IMG/VR virus record: IMGVR_UViG_2799113015_000003
Span: 1-64,000 of that record
Length of the DNA stretch: 64,000 nucleotides
Source: a virus
Taxonomy: Duplodnaviria; Heunggongvirae; Uroviricota; Caudoviricetes
Reading direction: 5' to 3' (one strand)
Below are positions 23,728 through 32,671 of this stretch, in pieces. The notes beneath the pieces were generated by a model that had not been told where the DNA came from, did no database searches, and saw nothing but the letters and a program-made list of their open reading frames with translations. The position numbers were made by a program, and so were the translations under genes. How positions within the stretch are numbered: position 1 is the first letter of the stretch; each line of letters starts with the position of its first letter.

Positions 23728-24059
23728 TTGATCTCCTCATATACGTTCATAAGCTTCTGCGTGACCCTTACTTCCCTTGTAGGGCCGTCATAGTCGCCGC
23801 CCACGAAGGATGCGTAGTAGCCACTGCGTCGGAAGTGGCGCTCAGTGCCATCAAGGCTGGTGACCTTGAAGATCATCCAAAGGTCTTCACCCTTTCCTTC
23901 GCCGCCGTACTGATCGATAAAGGTCGCTCGCCCAATGCCAGGGATGACTACCTCTTCATCCCCGTACTCGAGCAGATCTTCGAACTCGAACCAGTTACCG
24001 GACCACTCGTTTTCTTCGTCTTCGATCGCCTTGTTGAGTTCCTTGATTGTGTAGCTCAT
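23724..24059 (-). CDS. MSYT-family paralog 2 (unknown function)
   Basis: N-terminal MSYTIKEL and the same C-terminal motif block; ATGA overlaps with its neighbours. Confidence 0.5.
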   Translation of the reverse strand: MSYTIKELNKAIEDEENEWSGNWFEFEDLLEYGDEEVVIPGIGRATFIDQYGGEGKGEDLWMIFKVTSLDGTERHFRRSGYYASFVGGDYDGPTREVRVTQKLMNVYEEIK

Positions 24060-24391
24060 CAGATAGACCTCCAGTCAGCCTTCTTTACGTGCGCGGCCTC
24101 TACCTCGAATGTGTCTCCACCCCAGTGGATTCCGTCATAGGAAGTGGCATAACCACTGTGCTTGAAATGGCGAATGCCCGAGAAACTCCTCACCTCGAAA
24201 ACGAAGTACACCTGTGTACTCACGCCCTGTTCCTTCTCTGGGGTGTGGGCCTCAACAAGGGTGGCTATGCCGATGCCCGGAAGACCTACAGAGGCACCCA
24301 TCTGCAGAAGGTTGTAGAGCCCTTCCCAGGCGATCCCGGGTGCTACGAAGGTCGTAGCGAGATCGGTGATGTCGTCAACGGTGTAACTCAT
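24059..24391 (-). CDS. MSYT-family paralog 3 (divergent)
   Basis: N-terminal MSYTVDDI and conserved HFKHSGYATSYDGIHWGGDTFEV. Confidence 0.45.
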   Translation of the reverse strand: MSYTVDDITDLATTFVAPGIAWEGLYNLLQMGASVGLPGIGIATLVEAHTPEKEQGVSTQVYFVFEVRSFSGIRHFKHSGYATSYDGIHWGGDTFEVEAAHVKKADWRSI

Positions 24392-25194
24392 ACGGTTTCC
24401 AATCGCTTCAGAAAGTGGCTGTTGTCTTTGTGCCGCTGCACGTAATCGAGATCCGGTTTACGGAACTCGTCAAAGTGGCTGACGATGAACTGAGCGCTCC
24501 TCCCCTTCGTCAGGGAGGTGATCGTGCGGCGCAGGGCCCACTGGTATGCCGCACCCGGTGAGTACTTGTAGTCGTTGGGGATCACCAACCGCTCCAGTGC
24601 GGTCACGTAGATCTCCTCGCGGAACATCTGCACAATGCGCTCGTGAGGCATCGCCCAGACCTTCGCCATGTCCATCTGGACCGTCTTGCCGTCCTTCAGG
24701 CACTCGTCATAGATGGGCTTCCCGGGCGTGTAGGCCACGGAGTGGTGGATGGAGTCATGGTCGTAGCTGCGCTTCACCGCGTCGGTGAAGAACGCATCGG
24801 ACTCCTGGGTGAGATCCACCTGCTTCTTGCCATGGTGGTCTTCCCACACCCTGTAGAGCACGTCATGCCATTCGGGGATGAGCTTGGCTCCCCTGCGCTC
24901 GAGGTCCAGCAGGTCGGCCATGTGCTTACCCCAGGAGTTGTTCTTCAGCTCCCAGTAGGCGTGCGAGTGCTTGATTGTGTACAGCTGATCTGGGCTTGCG
25001 AATACGGACGTCTTGTCCGTCAACTCCAGAATCTCGTACAACCGGGGATCCCAGAATGCGTCGCCTCGGATAGATGGGTCCGCGAGCGAGGTGTTTGGCT
25101 CGTTCGTGAAGAGGTCGACATCCTTCGGTTCCCGCCAGTCGGGAAACCAGTGCTTCGCGGCTACCGAGCCGACGATGAGCGTGGTCAAATCCAT
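24388..25194 (-). CDS. nucleotidyltransferase-fold protein (Pol-beta superfamily-like)
   Basis: N-terminal LIVGSVAAKHWFPDWREPKDVDLFT fits the hG[GS]x9-13Dh[DE]h minimal NTase motif. Confidence 0.4.
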   Translation of the reverse strand: MDLTTLIVGSVAAKHWFPDWREPKDVDLFTNEPNTSLADPSIRGDAFWDPRLYEILELTDKTSVFASPDQLYTIKHSHAYWELKNNSWGKHMADLLDLERRGAKLIPEWHDVLYRVWEDHHGKKQVDLTQESDAFFTDAVKRSYDHDSIHHSVAYTPGKPIYDECLKDGKTVQMDMAKVWAMPHERIVQMFREEIYVTALERLVIPNDYKYSPGAAYQWALRRTITSLTKGRSAQFIVSHFDEFRKPDLDYVQRHKDNSHFLKRLETV

Positions 25195-25382
25195 GCCTTC
25201 TGTCGTCGGATGCGATGGATGCGACGGCGCACGCGGGACCGCCTCGGGTTGTAGTCGCCGCGACCCATAGCGAGGCTGCGCTTCAGCGCGCGGCCCGGGA
25301 TGCGAGACCAGCGTTCTGGCGCATCCTCTGAGTCGGCTGGAACCATCGGATTCTCTGGCGTTTCCACAGTCTCGTCACTCAC
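25185..25382 (-). CDS. hypothetical basic protein, 65 aa
   Basis: ORF. Confidence 0.3.
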   Translation of the reverse strand: MSDETVETPENPMVPADSEDAPERWSRIPGRALKRSLAMGRGDYNPRRSRVRRRIHRIRRQKAWI

Positions 25383-25858
25383 TTTGCCTTCATCCCCGCA
25401 TTCAAATAACCCTGGACCTCGCCGGGGTGAACGACCTTCATTCCCAGCGCTGTTGCGACATGGTGCTCAAGCTGAGCACCCCGTGACTTGTTCCAACCTG
25501 GCAGCAGGACAATGTGCGTGCACTCAACCAACTCGCGCAGATCGCGGCGTAGATACCAGTCCCAAGAGACACTGGGATCTGCCGGGTGAAGCTCGTGCGG
25601 GGAAACAACATTGAGGCCCGCATCACGGAACCGTTTGGCAATCTCAGCGAAGGCTGGGTAGTTGTACTCGGGGTAACCGGTCATCGGTCCCGCGATATAG
25701 AACCGCTTATGCTCGGGCTTCTCCGATAGCGCCCGAATCGTATCCCGCTGTGTCGCAATGATTTCCGCCATCGTCTGAATGCTGCCATTCAGCGATGCCG
25801 TTGCGCCCCAGTCGTTTCCATCCATGAAAATAATCGTATCGACGGGATTCGGGTTCAT
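25379..25858 (-). CDS. nucleoside 2-deoxyribosyltransferase-like protein
   Basis: FYIAGPMTGYPEYNYPAFAEIAKRF matches the NDT/DNPH1 nucleoside-binding signature. Confidence 0.5.
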   Translation of the reverse strand: MNPNPVDTIIFMDGNDWGATASLNGSIQTMAEIIATQRDTIRALSEKPEHKRFYIAGPMTGYPEYNYPAFAEIAKRFRDAGLNVVSPHELHPADPSVSWDWYLRRDLRELVECTHIVLLPGWNKSRGAQLEHHVATALGMKVVHPGEVQGYLNAGMKAK

Positions 25859-25994
25859 GTGGGTGAGAAAAAGTAGAGCCCCGGTCGGCGGCGCGTGAGA
25901 GGGCGTCTAGATACATCGACCGGGGCGACTACTGGAGCGTAGCTCTACAGCAGCTACTTACATTATATAGCTATGGCGTGCACGTCTTGGTTTG

Positions 25995-26636
25995 CTACAG
26001 GCCCAGTTCGCGACATACCAAGCTAAAGAGCTGGCTGAAGAAGTTCGATGACTTCCCAATGCGTGCAGCCAGATCCGTGGTTGGAACGGAAGGGTTGGCA
26101 ATGATCGCGTTCAACACGTCCAAGCATGCTGTGCGATTCTGGTGCCCGACACGGCGATGGAACACAGCGAAGTCGGGACGAGCTGTCACCAGCTCATGAG
26201 CCGCACGCGCCTTTTCCAGGCGGTTGCGGTAGCGAGTATCCACACCGTTGTGAGCGTGGAGAGCTTCGCCAGTCAGGGCCTCTACCGGCATGGTGATCTG
26301 CTTGATGTCAGGCCACTCGGGGCGCATCGCTGCGCGTTCAGCTGGAGTGGTCCCACCCCAGATACCGAATTCCTCGCCATTATCCAGGGCCCAAGTACGG
26401 CATTTGTCCAAAACGGGGCAGCGTGAGCACGTGGCCTTTGCGCGCTGCTCGGCGTAGGCCACCATTTCGGTAGCCAACTCCTGAGTGACTCCATCCTCGA
26501 CCAGCTCTTCCACGGTGAGAAAGTGCGACTCCTGGTCGTCAGGATCGCATACAGCTTTGCTGCGCCAATCAAGATCCAGGTCGCTGGCCGTAGGTGGGCG
26601 CTCAATCATAGCGGTCATTTGGTTGTATCCCTTCAA
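25995..26636 (-). CDS. WhiB-like transcription factor with ~100-aa C-terminal extension
   Basis: Four Cys (AVCDPDD...ATCSRCPVLDKC) and G[IV]WGG (FGIWGG), diagnostic of WhiB Fe-S regulators. Confidence 0.7.
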   Translation of the reverse strand: MKGYNQMTAMIERPPTASDLDLDWRSKAVCDPDDQESHFLTVEELVEDGVTQELATEMVAYAEQRAKATCSRCPVLDKCRTWALDNGEEFGIWGGTTPAERAAMRPEWPDIKQITMPVEALTGEALHAHNGVDTRYRNRLEKARAAHELVTARPDFAVFHRRVGHQNRTACLDVLNAIIANPSVPTTDLAARIGKSSNFFSQLFSLVCRELGL

Positions 26637-27011
26637 TCAATCCCGGTCGTGTACCGGAATCTTTGTTGCAAGTGCGACAAGCTCGGCCAGGGTGCAGCTA
26701 ACCCACTGTTTCATGGGATCAGTTGTGCCCTTGCGCTTGTGAACGAAGAACCCGGCAAGAGCTCCCGCGTTCTTGGCCTCTACTTTAGCCTCCCCAACCC
26801 CTTCGGGAAGGCTTAATGCAGCTACGTCCTTAGTTTCGATAACGATGTCGTGCCCGTCAATACGGAAGTTGACAACATCGCCCTTGTCAACACTCCCCCA
26901 GCTCGGTGCAACCTGAATGTTGGGGTCCTGCAATGCTTCTCGCAGCCCATCAACAATGAGGCGATTGAACGTCGCCCCTGCGGCTTTCGCCGACTTCCGG
27001 TTCCTACTCAA
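26637..27011 (-). CDS. putative PD-(D/E)xK-type nuclease or Holliday-junction-resolvase-like protein
   Basis: Start set at a TTG with AAAGGTAGCGGG RBS; GDVVNFRIDGHDIVIETKD resembles a D...E-x-K nuclease core; tentative. Confidence 0.3.
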   Translation of the reverse strand: MSRNRKSAKAAGATFNRLIVDGLREALQDPNIQVAPSWGSVDKGDVVNFRIDGHDIVIETKDVAALSLPEGVGEAKVEAKNAGALAGFFVHKRKGTTDPMKQWVSCTLAELVALATKIPVHDRD

Positions 27012-27259
27012 CGACCCGCTACCTTTACGTCCGAACCTGTTTACGCGACAGACCCTCAACCTCCCCGGCTGACTGTCCGTCAGTGGAATGACCATACAGA
27101 GAGGGTATGACAACCGGCACCCACATGAACTGCAAACGCCTCCCCGCCGATGCACAGATACCCTCCCAAGTCTCGTTTGGCAGACTGTAACCCTGGTCAC
27201 ACGGGGTCTGCATCTGGGGACTCAGCTTTACCAGACAACTGACTGGTTGGGTTTGCCGC

Positions 27260-27583
27260 CTAGCGGATGAAGTCAGGCCGGTCATCCTCTTCCTCAGGGA
27301 TTCTGCGGGCCATGGCCGCATAGAACTCCGCACGCCGCGCCTTCGCTTTGGGGGTCTTCCCGAACATCTCGGGAATCCATTCACCAGCCACCCAAACCGT
27401 ACTCTCCTGGCGGTCAACGCAATTCGCCTTCAAGCACTCGGGACGTACCGGGCATTCGCCACAGATGCTCTGGACCTCGGCAGTATCCTTCTCGCCAAGT
27501 TCGTTGGGGTCCTTGATGAAACGAATATCTCCACCGCACTGGATGTACTGATACCACTCCTGGTTTGAATTCCAGAGCTTCAT
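27260..27583 (-). CDS. second WhiB-like protein
   Basis: C-x24-C-x2-C-x5-C (QCGG...ICGECPVRPEC) and VWVAGEW. Confidence 0.45.
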   Translation of the reverse strand: MKLWNSNQEWYQYIQCGGDIRFIKDPNELGEKDTAEVQSICGECPVRPECLKANCVDRQESTVWVAGEWIPEMFGKTPKAKARRAEFYAAMARRIPEEEDDRPDFIR

Positions 27584-28875
27584 GCTGCGAACCGCATCTG
27601 GTCGAAACGTTCAGCAAGGATCACGACATCCTCAGGACCCTGTCGGTTCTTCACGAAGCACGCGTTCATCAGTGGCATGCCCTGGTCTTCGTCATCTCCA
27701 TGGGACGTAGGTGGACGGGACAGGATGACAGCGACGTCAGCCGTCTGCTCAATGCCGCCTGATTCGCGAAAGTCCGACTTGTTCGGAAGGCGAGGCTTGC
27801 CATTGTGCTGCTCGAGGCTGCGATTCAACTGTGCTGCAACGAGAACCGCGCAGTCCAGTCGGCGCGCAATGCTGCGAGCCATGGTCGCGATGTAGTCAAC
27901 CTCAAGTACACGTGAGTCAAATCGCTTGGCAGACTTGACCAGCTGCAGGTAGTCAATGAATACGAAGTCCAGACCGAACCGCTGCTTGTGCACCCGGCAC
28001 CTCTGCGCGATTTCCTCAATGGTGAGGTCTGGCTCATCATCGATCGTGAAACGGATCTCCGCATTTTCAGCGGCCCATCGGCTGATCTTCTCCTGCTGAG
28101 ATGGATCCATCTTGCGCCGGAAGATCGGCTTGTAAGGGGTCTCGGTGCCACATGCAGCAAGACGGCCCATTAGGTCGTCCTTGGAGAGCTCCAGCGAGAA
28201 CACCAGCGTCTCGTACCCCTGCTTGGCGATATGCCACGACACCTGCGTGCCGAAGATCGTCTTGCCGCAACCGGGGCGTGCGCCCGTCACGTACAGGCGC
28301 TGACTCTGATATCCCCCGCCGAGCTGGTCATTGACGTTCATCCAGGGTGTAGGCAAGAAGGGACGATCATCCTCCTGCGCCGTAGACCACTGGTCATACA
28401 GGTCGCGGAACCCTAGGGAGTAGATCTCCTGCATGTCATCCAGCTGGTCAAGGAAGGATCGCGCGGCCTCCAATGCCTCGGGAATCTCGCCCGGATCGTC
28501 ATGCAGCGCCTGGAACCTCTGCCCCAGGCTGTTGACGGTGCGGATCTTCCACTGCTCTGTGACGATCTGTGCGTAGTAACCAACGTTCCCCGGCACATTG
28601 CAGTGCTCCATGCAGGTCTGCAGGTACGGGGCTCCACCAGACTTGCGCAGATCCTTACTTCGGCGCAAGCGGTCGAACACCGTCATGGCGTCAATAGGCA
28701 CAGCCTCCGCATACATGCCCTGAATGCACGTGAAGAGGAGCTCGTTGGTTGGGTGGTAGAAGTGATCAGCCCTCAGGCCCTCCAGCTTGGAGAACACGTC
28801 AGGGTTCAGGAGGAGCGCTCCGATTACACCTTGCTCGGCTCGGAGGTCGTGGGCTGGCTCTCGGTCTCCTGACAC
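27580..28875 (-). CDS. dnaB: DnaB-like replicative DNA helicase
   Basis: DnaB N-terminal region EQGVIGALLLNPDVF and Walker A GARPGCGKT; 431 aa. Confidence 0.85.
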   Translation of the reverse strand: MSGDREPAHDLRAEQGVIGALLLNPDVFSKLEGLRADHFYHPTNELLFTCIQGMYAEAVPIDAMTVFDRLRRSKDLRKSGGAPYLQTCMEHCNVPGNVGYYAQIVTEQWKIRTVNSLGQRFQALHDDPGEIPEALEAARSFLDQLDDMQEIYSLGFRDLYDQWSTAQEDDRPFLPTPWMNVNDQLGGGYQSQRLYVTGARPGCGKTIFGTQVSWHIAKQGYETLVFSLELSKDDLMGRLAACGTETPYKPIFRRKMDPSQQEKISRWAAENAEIRFTIDDEPDLTIEEIAQRCRVHKQRFGLDFVFIDYLQLVKSAKRFDSRVLEVDYIATMARSIARRLDCAVLVAAQLNRSLEQHNGKPRLPNKSDFRESGGIEQTADVAVILSRPPTSHGDDEDQGMPLMNACFVKNRQGPEDVVILAERFDQMRFAA

Positions 28876-29345
28876 TCGACCCTCTCTCTATAAATCTGGG
28901 TGATCCATGCCCGCGAAATCTCCCTGTGCCAGAAGCGGATAGCTTCTGGGTCAGTCATATCGTCGGGTGGATACTGCTTGGGCATCTTGATGCCGAATCG
29001 GTTCTCCACAGCTTTTACGTTCGTGGTCTTCCACTGCTGCTTCATCCAATTCCGTTGGGCTGCACGCTCGTCTGCGAAAAGATCGACGTCGTCGTACCGG
29101 CCCTGCTTTAGCCAGGAATGCGCTGCTGGAACGTAGGTCAAGTCGTCCGGGTCACATGACATCGCAAAGTTACGCGCGGACTCAATGAGCTTGGCCGGAT
29201 CTTGCCCCTTGTTTTCGACCAGGTCAGCGAAAACACGCTCGGCCTCACTGATGGCAGTGTGTTTGGGATAGGCATCCCAAAACTGCCTGAAAGACCGAGC
29301 GTGTTTCTTACGCGCCTCGCCGGGGGTTAGCTTTTCGCTCACCAA
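28824..29345 (-). CDS. hypothetical protein, 173 aa
   Basis: ORF lying between the SSB and DnaB genes. Confidence 0.45.
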   Translation of the reverse strand: MVSEKLTPGEARKKHARSFRQFWDAYPKHTAISEAERVFADLVENKGQDPAKLIESARNFAMSCDPDDLTYVPAAHSWLKQGRYDDVDLFADERAAQRNWMKQQWKTTNVKAVENRFGIKMPKQYPPDDMTDPEAIRFWHREISRAWITQIYRERVECQETESQPTTSEPSKV

Positions 29346-29773
29346 TCCGGTTCATCGTTGTTGGCGTCGCCGCCCCATGCATCATCAGCGGGCTTCTGAC
29401 GTGCACCTCCACCGCCCTTCTGCGGAGCTGCAGTGGCAAAGCGAAGGTCGGGGCCGAAGGAATCGAACTCAACTTCCAGCACAGAGCGCTTCTCTCCTTC
29501 GCGGGTCTCGAAGGAGCGCTGCTTGATCTGGCCGTGGCCGATAACGCGGTCTCCGCGCGATAGGCTCTCGGCTACGTTCTCCGCGAACACATCCCAGATG
29601 GTTCCGTTCAGGAACGTGGTGTCACCGTCGACCCAGTTGCCACCCGGGTCCTTCTTCCGGGTGTTCGTCGCCACCGACACATTGACCACGGCCTTACCGC
29701 CGCCAGTAAAACGGACCTCGGGATCACGAGTCAGTGTGCCAACAACAGTGACTTCAGGAAGGGTGATGCTCAT
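29339..29773 (-). CDS. ssb: single-stranded DNA-binding protein
   Basis: OB-fold signature VTVVGTLTRDPEVRFTGGGKAVVNVSVATN, Gly-rich linker and acidic C-terminal tail DDAWGGDANNDEPDW. Confidence 0.85.
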   Translation of the reverse strand: MSITLPEVTVVGTLTRDPEVRFTGGGKAVVNVSVATNTRKKDPGGNWVDGDTTFLNGTIWDVFAENVAESLSRGDRVIGHGQIKQRSFETREGEKRSVLEVEFDSFGPDLRFATAAPQKGGGGARQKPADDAWGGDANNDEPDW

Positions 29774-29794
29774 ATGCTCTCAATTCGTTCGGGA

Positions 29795-30148
29795 TCAGTT
29801 GCTGGACCATGGGTCTCGTAGATCGATGTCTCTATGATATTCGGCCCCCAGTAGGTTCATGTGGGTGAACTTTCCCAGGTGGTGCTGGTATATAGGGATG
29901 GAAGCTGGCTCTTCCCAAGGCCTTACGTGATAGCCCTCAGAGTGTGCTGCGTTGGGGTTGTGTTCAATCCACCCATGGCAACCGACCGTTCCGTGTCCGC
30001 ACACGTGGACGATGTTGTCAAGGCTCCACACGCCTCCCTGAGACCTCTTCTTGCGGTGGTGCATAGACAGTCCACCACCGATGCCGCAACGCTCGCATAG
30101 GCCACCTGAGCGGCGTGGGACCTCTACGCGGCACTGCTTCTCGGTCAT
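29795..30148 (-). CDS. HNH endonuclease, ~117 aa
   Basis: CERCG...HHRKKRSQGG...CGHGTVGCH; start set at an internal ATG that overlaps the stop of the upstream small ORF. Confidence 0.6.
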   Translation of the reverse strand: MTEKQCRVEVPRRSGGLCERCGIGGGLSMHHRKKRSQGGVWSLDNIVHVCGHGTVGCHGWIEHNPNAAHSEGYHVRPWEEPASIPIYQHHLGKFTHMNLLGAEYHRDIDLRDPWSSN

Positions 30149-30303
30149 CAAATGGGGAGGAGGATCCGCGCAAGCTGACGAAGCAACTCCCGCTGCCACG
30201 GAATGACGATCTCACCGAGCATCGCCTCAAGCTGCTGAATGAAGTTGGGTGCAGGCCTTACAAACTCGCGCAGCTCAGCGTCCAATGCGTCGAAGTCAGC
30301 CAT
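30148..30303 (-). CDS. hypothetical small protein, 51 aa
   Basis: ORF coupled to its neighbours by overlapping start and stop codons; below the ORF-track size cutoff. Confidence 0.3.
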   Translation of the reverse strand: MADFDALDAELREFVRPAPNFIQQLEAMLGEIVIPWQRELLRQLARILLPI

Positions 30304-30474
30304 TGCGTGTCCTTCTCTTCAGTTCCTCGCGCTGGTGGGTCTGCAAGCTCTTCAAAACCTTCGTGAACGGCCACGTCTTGCCATCGTGAATCAGCTTGCC
30401 GTCGCGGTCATACGCGGGCCGCTGGTCAGGGAGCTTGTTCGGCAACGCGGGGGCGTGAAAATGCGATGGGCGCA

Positions 30475-30780
30475 TCAGGATCCGAGTCCTCTCATCTGTA
30501 CGTCAGTCCCAGCTAGCTGGCTGTACAGCGTCCAGCGGGATGGGAAGTTGAAACCGAGATCCTCGAACCAGTCTCGATCCCATTCGGGAGTCTCTGTAGC
30601 CCAGATGAATTCATCATTGGACAGCTCAATGACTGCTGATCTCACCGTCTTCTCTTCGGGGTGTGCGAAGAGGTAGTCGCCCATGTAGTAGCACAGCCAA
30701 GCGCCCGGGGTAAGGTCTGGCTCCTTCAGTTCGCCGGAGAAATTCTGGAAAAGCCGACGCAACGAGCTGAGCAGCTTCAC
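30475..30780 (-). CDS. hypothetical protein, 101 aa
   Basis: ORF. Confidence 0.4.
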   Translation of the reverse strand: MKLLSSLRRLFQNFSGELKEPDLTPGAWLCYYMGDYLFAHPEEKTVRSAVIELSNDEFIWATETPEWDRDWFEDLGFNFPSRWTLYSQLAGTDVQMRGLGS

Positions 30781-30980
30781 AGCACGTTCTCCTTGAATTC
30801 CAAAGTGAGCCAGAGGCCATCATGTTCTTTTGTGATTCGCACCGTTTGTGCGTCCCCGCCAGGGATTGTCAGTAACGCAGCGCCGTGAGTGAGGGTGAGG
30901 GCGACCTGATAATCCGTACGAGGGTGGTTGCGGATGGCCTGCGCGATGCGGCTCTCTAGTCGAACGCGGACGGAGTTCAC
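30777..30980 (-). CDS. hypothetical protein, ~67 aa (GTG start)
   Basis: GTG with GGGGAGAT RBS in a GTGA overlap with the stop of 30977..31480. Confidence 0.35.
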   Translation of the reverse strand: MNSVRVRLESRIAQAIRNHPRTDYQVALTLTHGAALLTIPGGDAQTVRITKEHDGLWLTLEFKENVL

Positions 30981-31480
30981 ATCTCCCCCAGGTACTTTGT
31001 TTCGGTGTAGCTTTGGGACTGACTGGGCGGATCCATGACGGCCTCCCAGTCGTGGAAGTTCCTCACGCAGAAGCGGAGGTTGGTTTCCTCGTTCGGCTTG
31101 TCCCACCAGACAACGTCGTCATCGAGAACTCGATACTCGACATAGCCGTTGGTGGCATCACAACGCAGGATGGTGAATCCGAAGGGCGACTGAAGTTCGG
31201 TAAGCCGATCCTTTTGGCAGCGAGTGGGATCCAGATCTTTGGCGATCAACGCAAACTCATCAGCCGCAGTAATCACTGGGCGGTCAGTAGCGTCGCGATC
31301 GATGCGGAATCGTCCAACCTCGCCGTGACCTTCAGCGATTAGCGTGGAGTTGAAGAACTCCTCTCCGGTCTCCGGGTCCTGCCATCCCTCATCGGGATAC
31401 TTTCCGACAAGCCGAAGTACGATCTCACTCAAGGCCCAACTCCCTCGCCCACTCCTGGAAGTGCTCTGTCGAGTTCTCAT
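30977..31480 (-). CDS. hypothetical protein, 167 aa
   Basis: ORF. Confidence 0.4.
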   Translation of the reverse strand: MRTRQSTSRSGRGSWALSEIVLRLVGKYPDEGWQDPETGEEFFNSTLIAEGHGEVGRFRIDRDATDRPVITAADEFALIAKDLDPTRCQKDRLTELQSPFGFTILRCDATNGYVEYRVLDDDVVWWDKPNEETNLRFCVRNFHDWEAVMDPPSQSQSYTETKYLGEM

Positions 31481-31772
31481 CCCGCAACGCCTTGCTGTCG
31501 AGCCACTTTGCGAGGCCTTCCGCTGACTGCGCTGTGTAGCGCTTCACTGCAACCTCCGAGATGCCGCGCGACTGAAGAAGCTTCGTGCGGTCATGGTCAT
31601 AGGAGGCGAGCACTACACGGATGTTCGCGGCCATACCATGCGGGTATTCACCGCGCTCCTCGAGATAGTCGAGGACGTGCGAAAGTGCTACGTACAGAAC
31701 CTCTCCGTAGGAGATGGGGATCTGGGCGCTACTCATCGCGCATCTCGTCTTCAAGCCGGTTGAAGAACTCAC
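31425..31772 (-). CDS. hypothetical protein, 115 aa
   Basis: ORF. Confidence 0.4.
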   Translation of the reverse strand: MSSSTGLKTRCAMSSAQIPISYGEVLYVALSHVLDYLEERGEYPHGMAANIRVVLASYDHDRTKLLQSRGISEVAVKRYTAQSAEGLAKWLDSKALRDENSTEHFQEWARELGLE

Positions 31773-32088
31773 CTTCAGCCTCTTTGTACTGCTCGGTGAT
31801 TGCCGCCAGGAAGTGTTCGCCTACCTCACGAGCGATAGCGTCTCCAGCCACCAAACCAGCAGGACCGTAGTTGGCGTGAAGATACTCTGCGACTAGCTCG
31901 TTGTATCCGAGCAGCCAGTCCGCGATCTTGTCGCGGTACGCCTTTGGGATATTCGTATGCAAGGCTAGGAAGTTGATAAACGTACGCGGTGCCTCCGCGA
32001 TGGTGAACGGCAGCGAGAGGTTCATTGAATCGACCCGCTTGGGCTGGGCAGGAAGCTTGATGGGGTCAGGGATTGGCTTACGGGCCAT
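31729..32088 (-). CDS. hypothetical protein, 119 aa
   Basis: ORF. Confidence 0.4.
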   Translation of the reverse strand: MARKPIPDPIKLPAQPKRVDSMNLSLPFTIAEAPRTFINFLALHTNIPKAYRDKIADWLLGYNELVAEYLHANYGPAGLVAGDAIAREVGEHFLAAITEQYKEAEGEFFNRLEDEMRDE

Positions 32089-32480
32089 CAGAAGTTTCCT
32101 CCACCAGTTCCGAATACTTGTGCCAGCAGTTTGGAGCGCATACCGATCGCAATCAGCTCTTTCTCAAGCGCTGACAACCGGCGTTCGCAGAGACCAAGCT
32201 GGGCATTGGCGATATCGAGGTCAATGCGCTCCTGCTCAGTCTCCTTGGCCGCGTGAGCCTTTGCCTTGCCAACAGCGCCAGTGAACGCCATCATCTGACG
32301 GGCCTCGGCTACGGCGAATCGAGTTGCGCGCCAATCCTTCTGTGCCCTATGCCAGGCAAGAATCTTGTTCCACTTCGTGATAAGGAAGTTGACCTTATCT
32401 AGCTCGCGGTCGATATGGTCGGGCGTGAGATCCGTGTATGTGTAGTCAACCAGCTCGTCACTCATTCGACCTCGTACCAC
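32088..32480 (-). CDS. hypothetical coiled-coil protein, 130 aa
   Basis: ORF. Confidence 0.45.
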   Translation of the reverse strand: MVRGRMSDELVDYTYTDLTPDHIDRELDKVNFLITKWNKILAWHRAQKDWRATRFAVAEARQMMAFTGAVGKAKAHAAKETEQERIDLDIANAQLGLCERRLSALEKELIAIGMRSKLLAQVFGTGGGNF

Positions 32481-32671
32481 TCAGTGACGGTGCGCTGCAG
32501 CAATTTCAGCTCGGGATCCTTACCTACATAAGCACGCGCCTGGGCCTCAGTGAGCTCGCCAACCTCGTCGCGGCAGGCAACCTCTCCGCATGGGTACGAA
32601 AAGCTCCACTCTACGTAGCACCTCGGCAGCGGCTTGTTCTGCGCTTCGAGCTGCTCCTGCACGCTACTCAT
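32462..32671 (-). CDS. hypothetical protein, 69 aa
   Basis: ORF with Cys pairs. Confidence 0.35.
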   Translation of the reverse strand: MSSVQEQLEAQNKPLPRCYVEWSFSYPCGEVACRDEVGELTEAQARAYVGKDPELKLLQRTVTEWYEVE

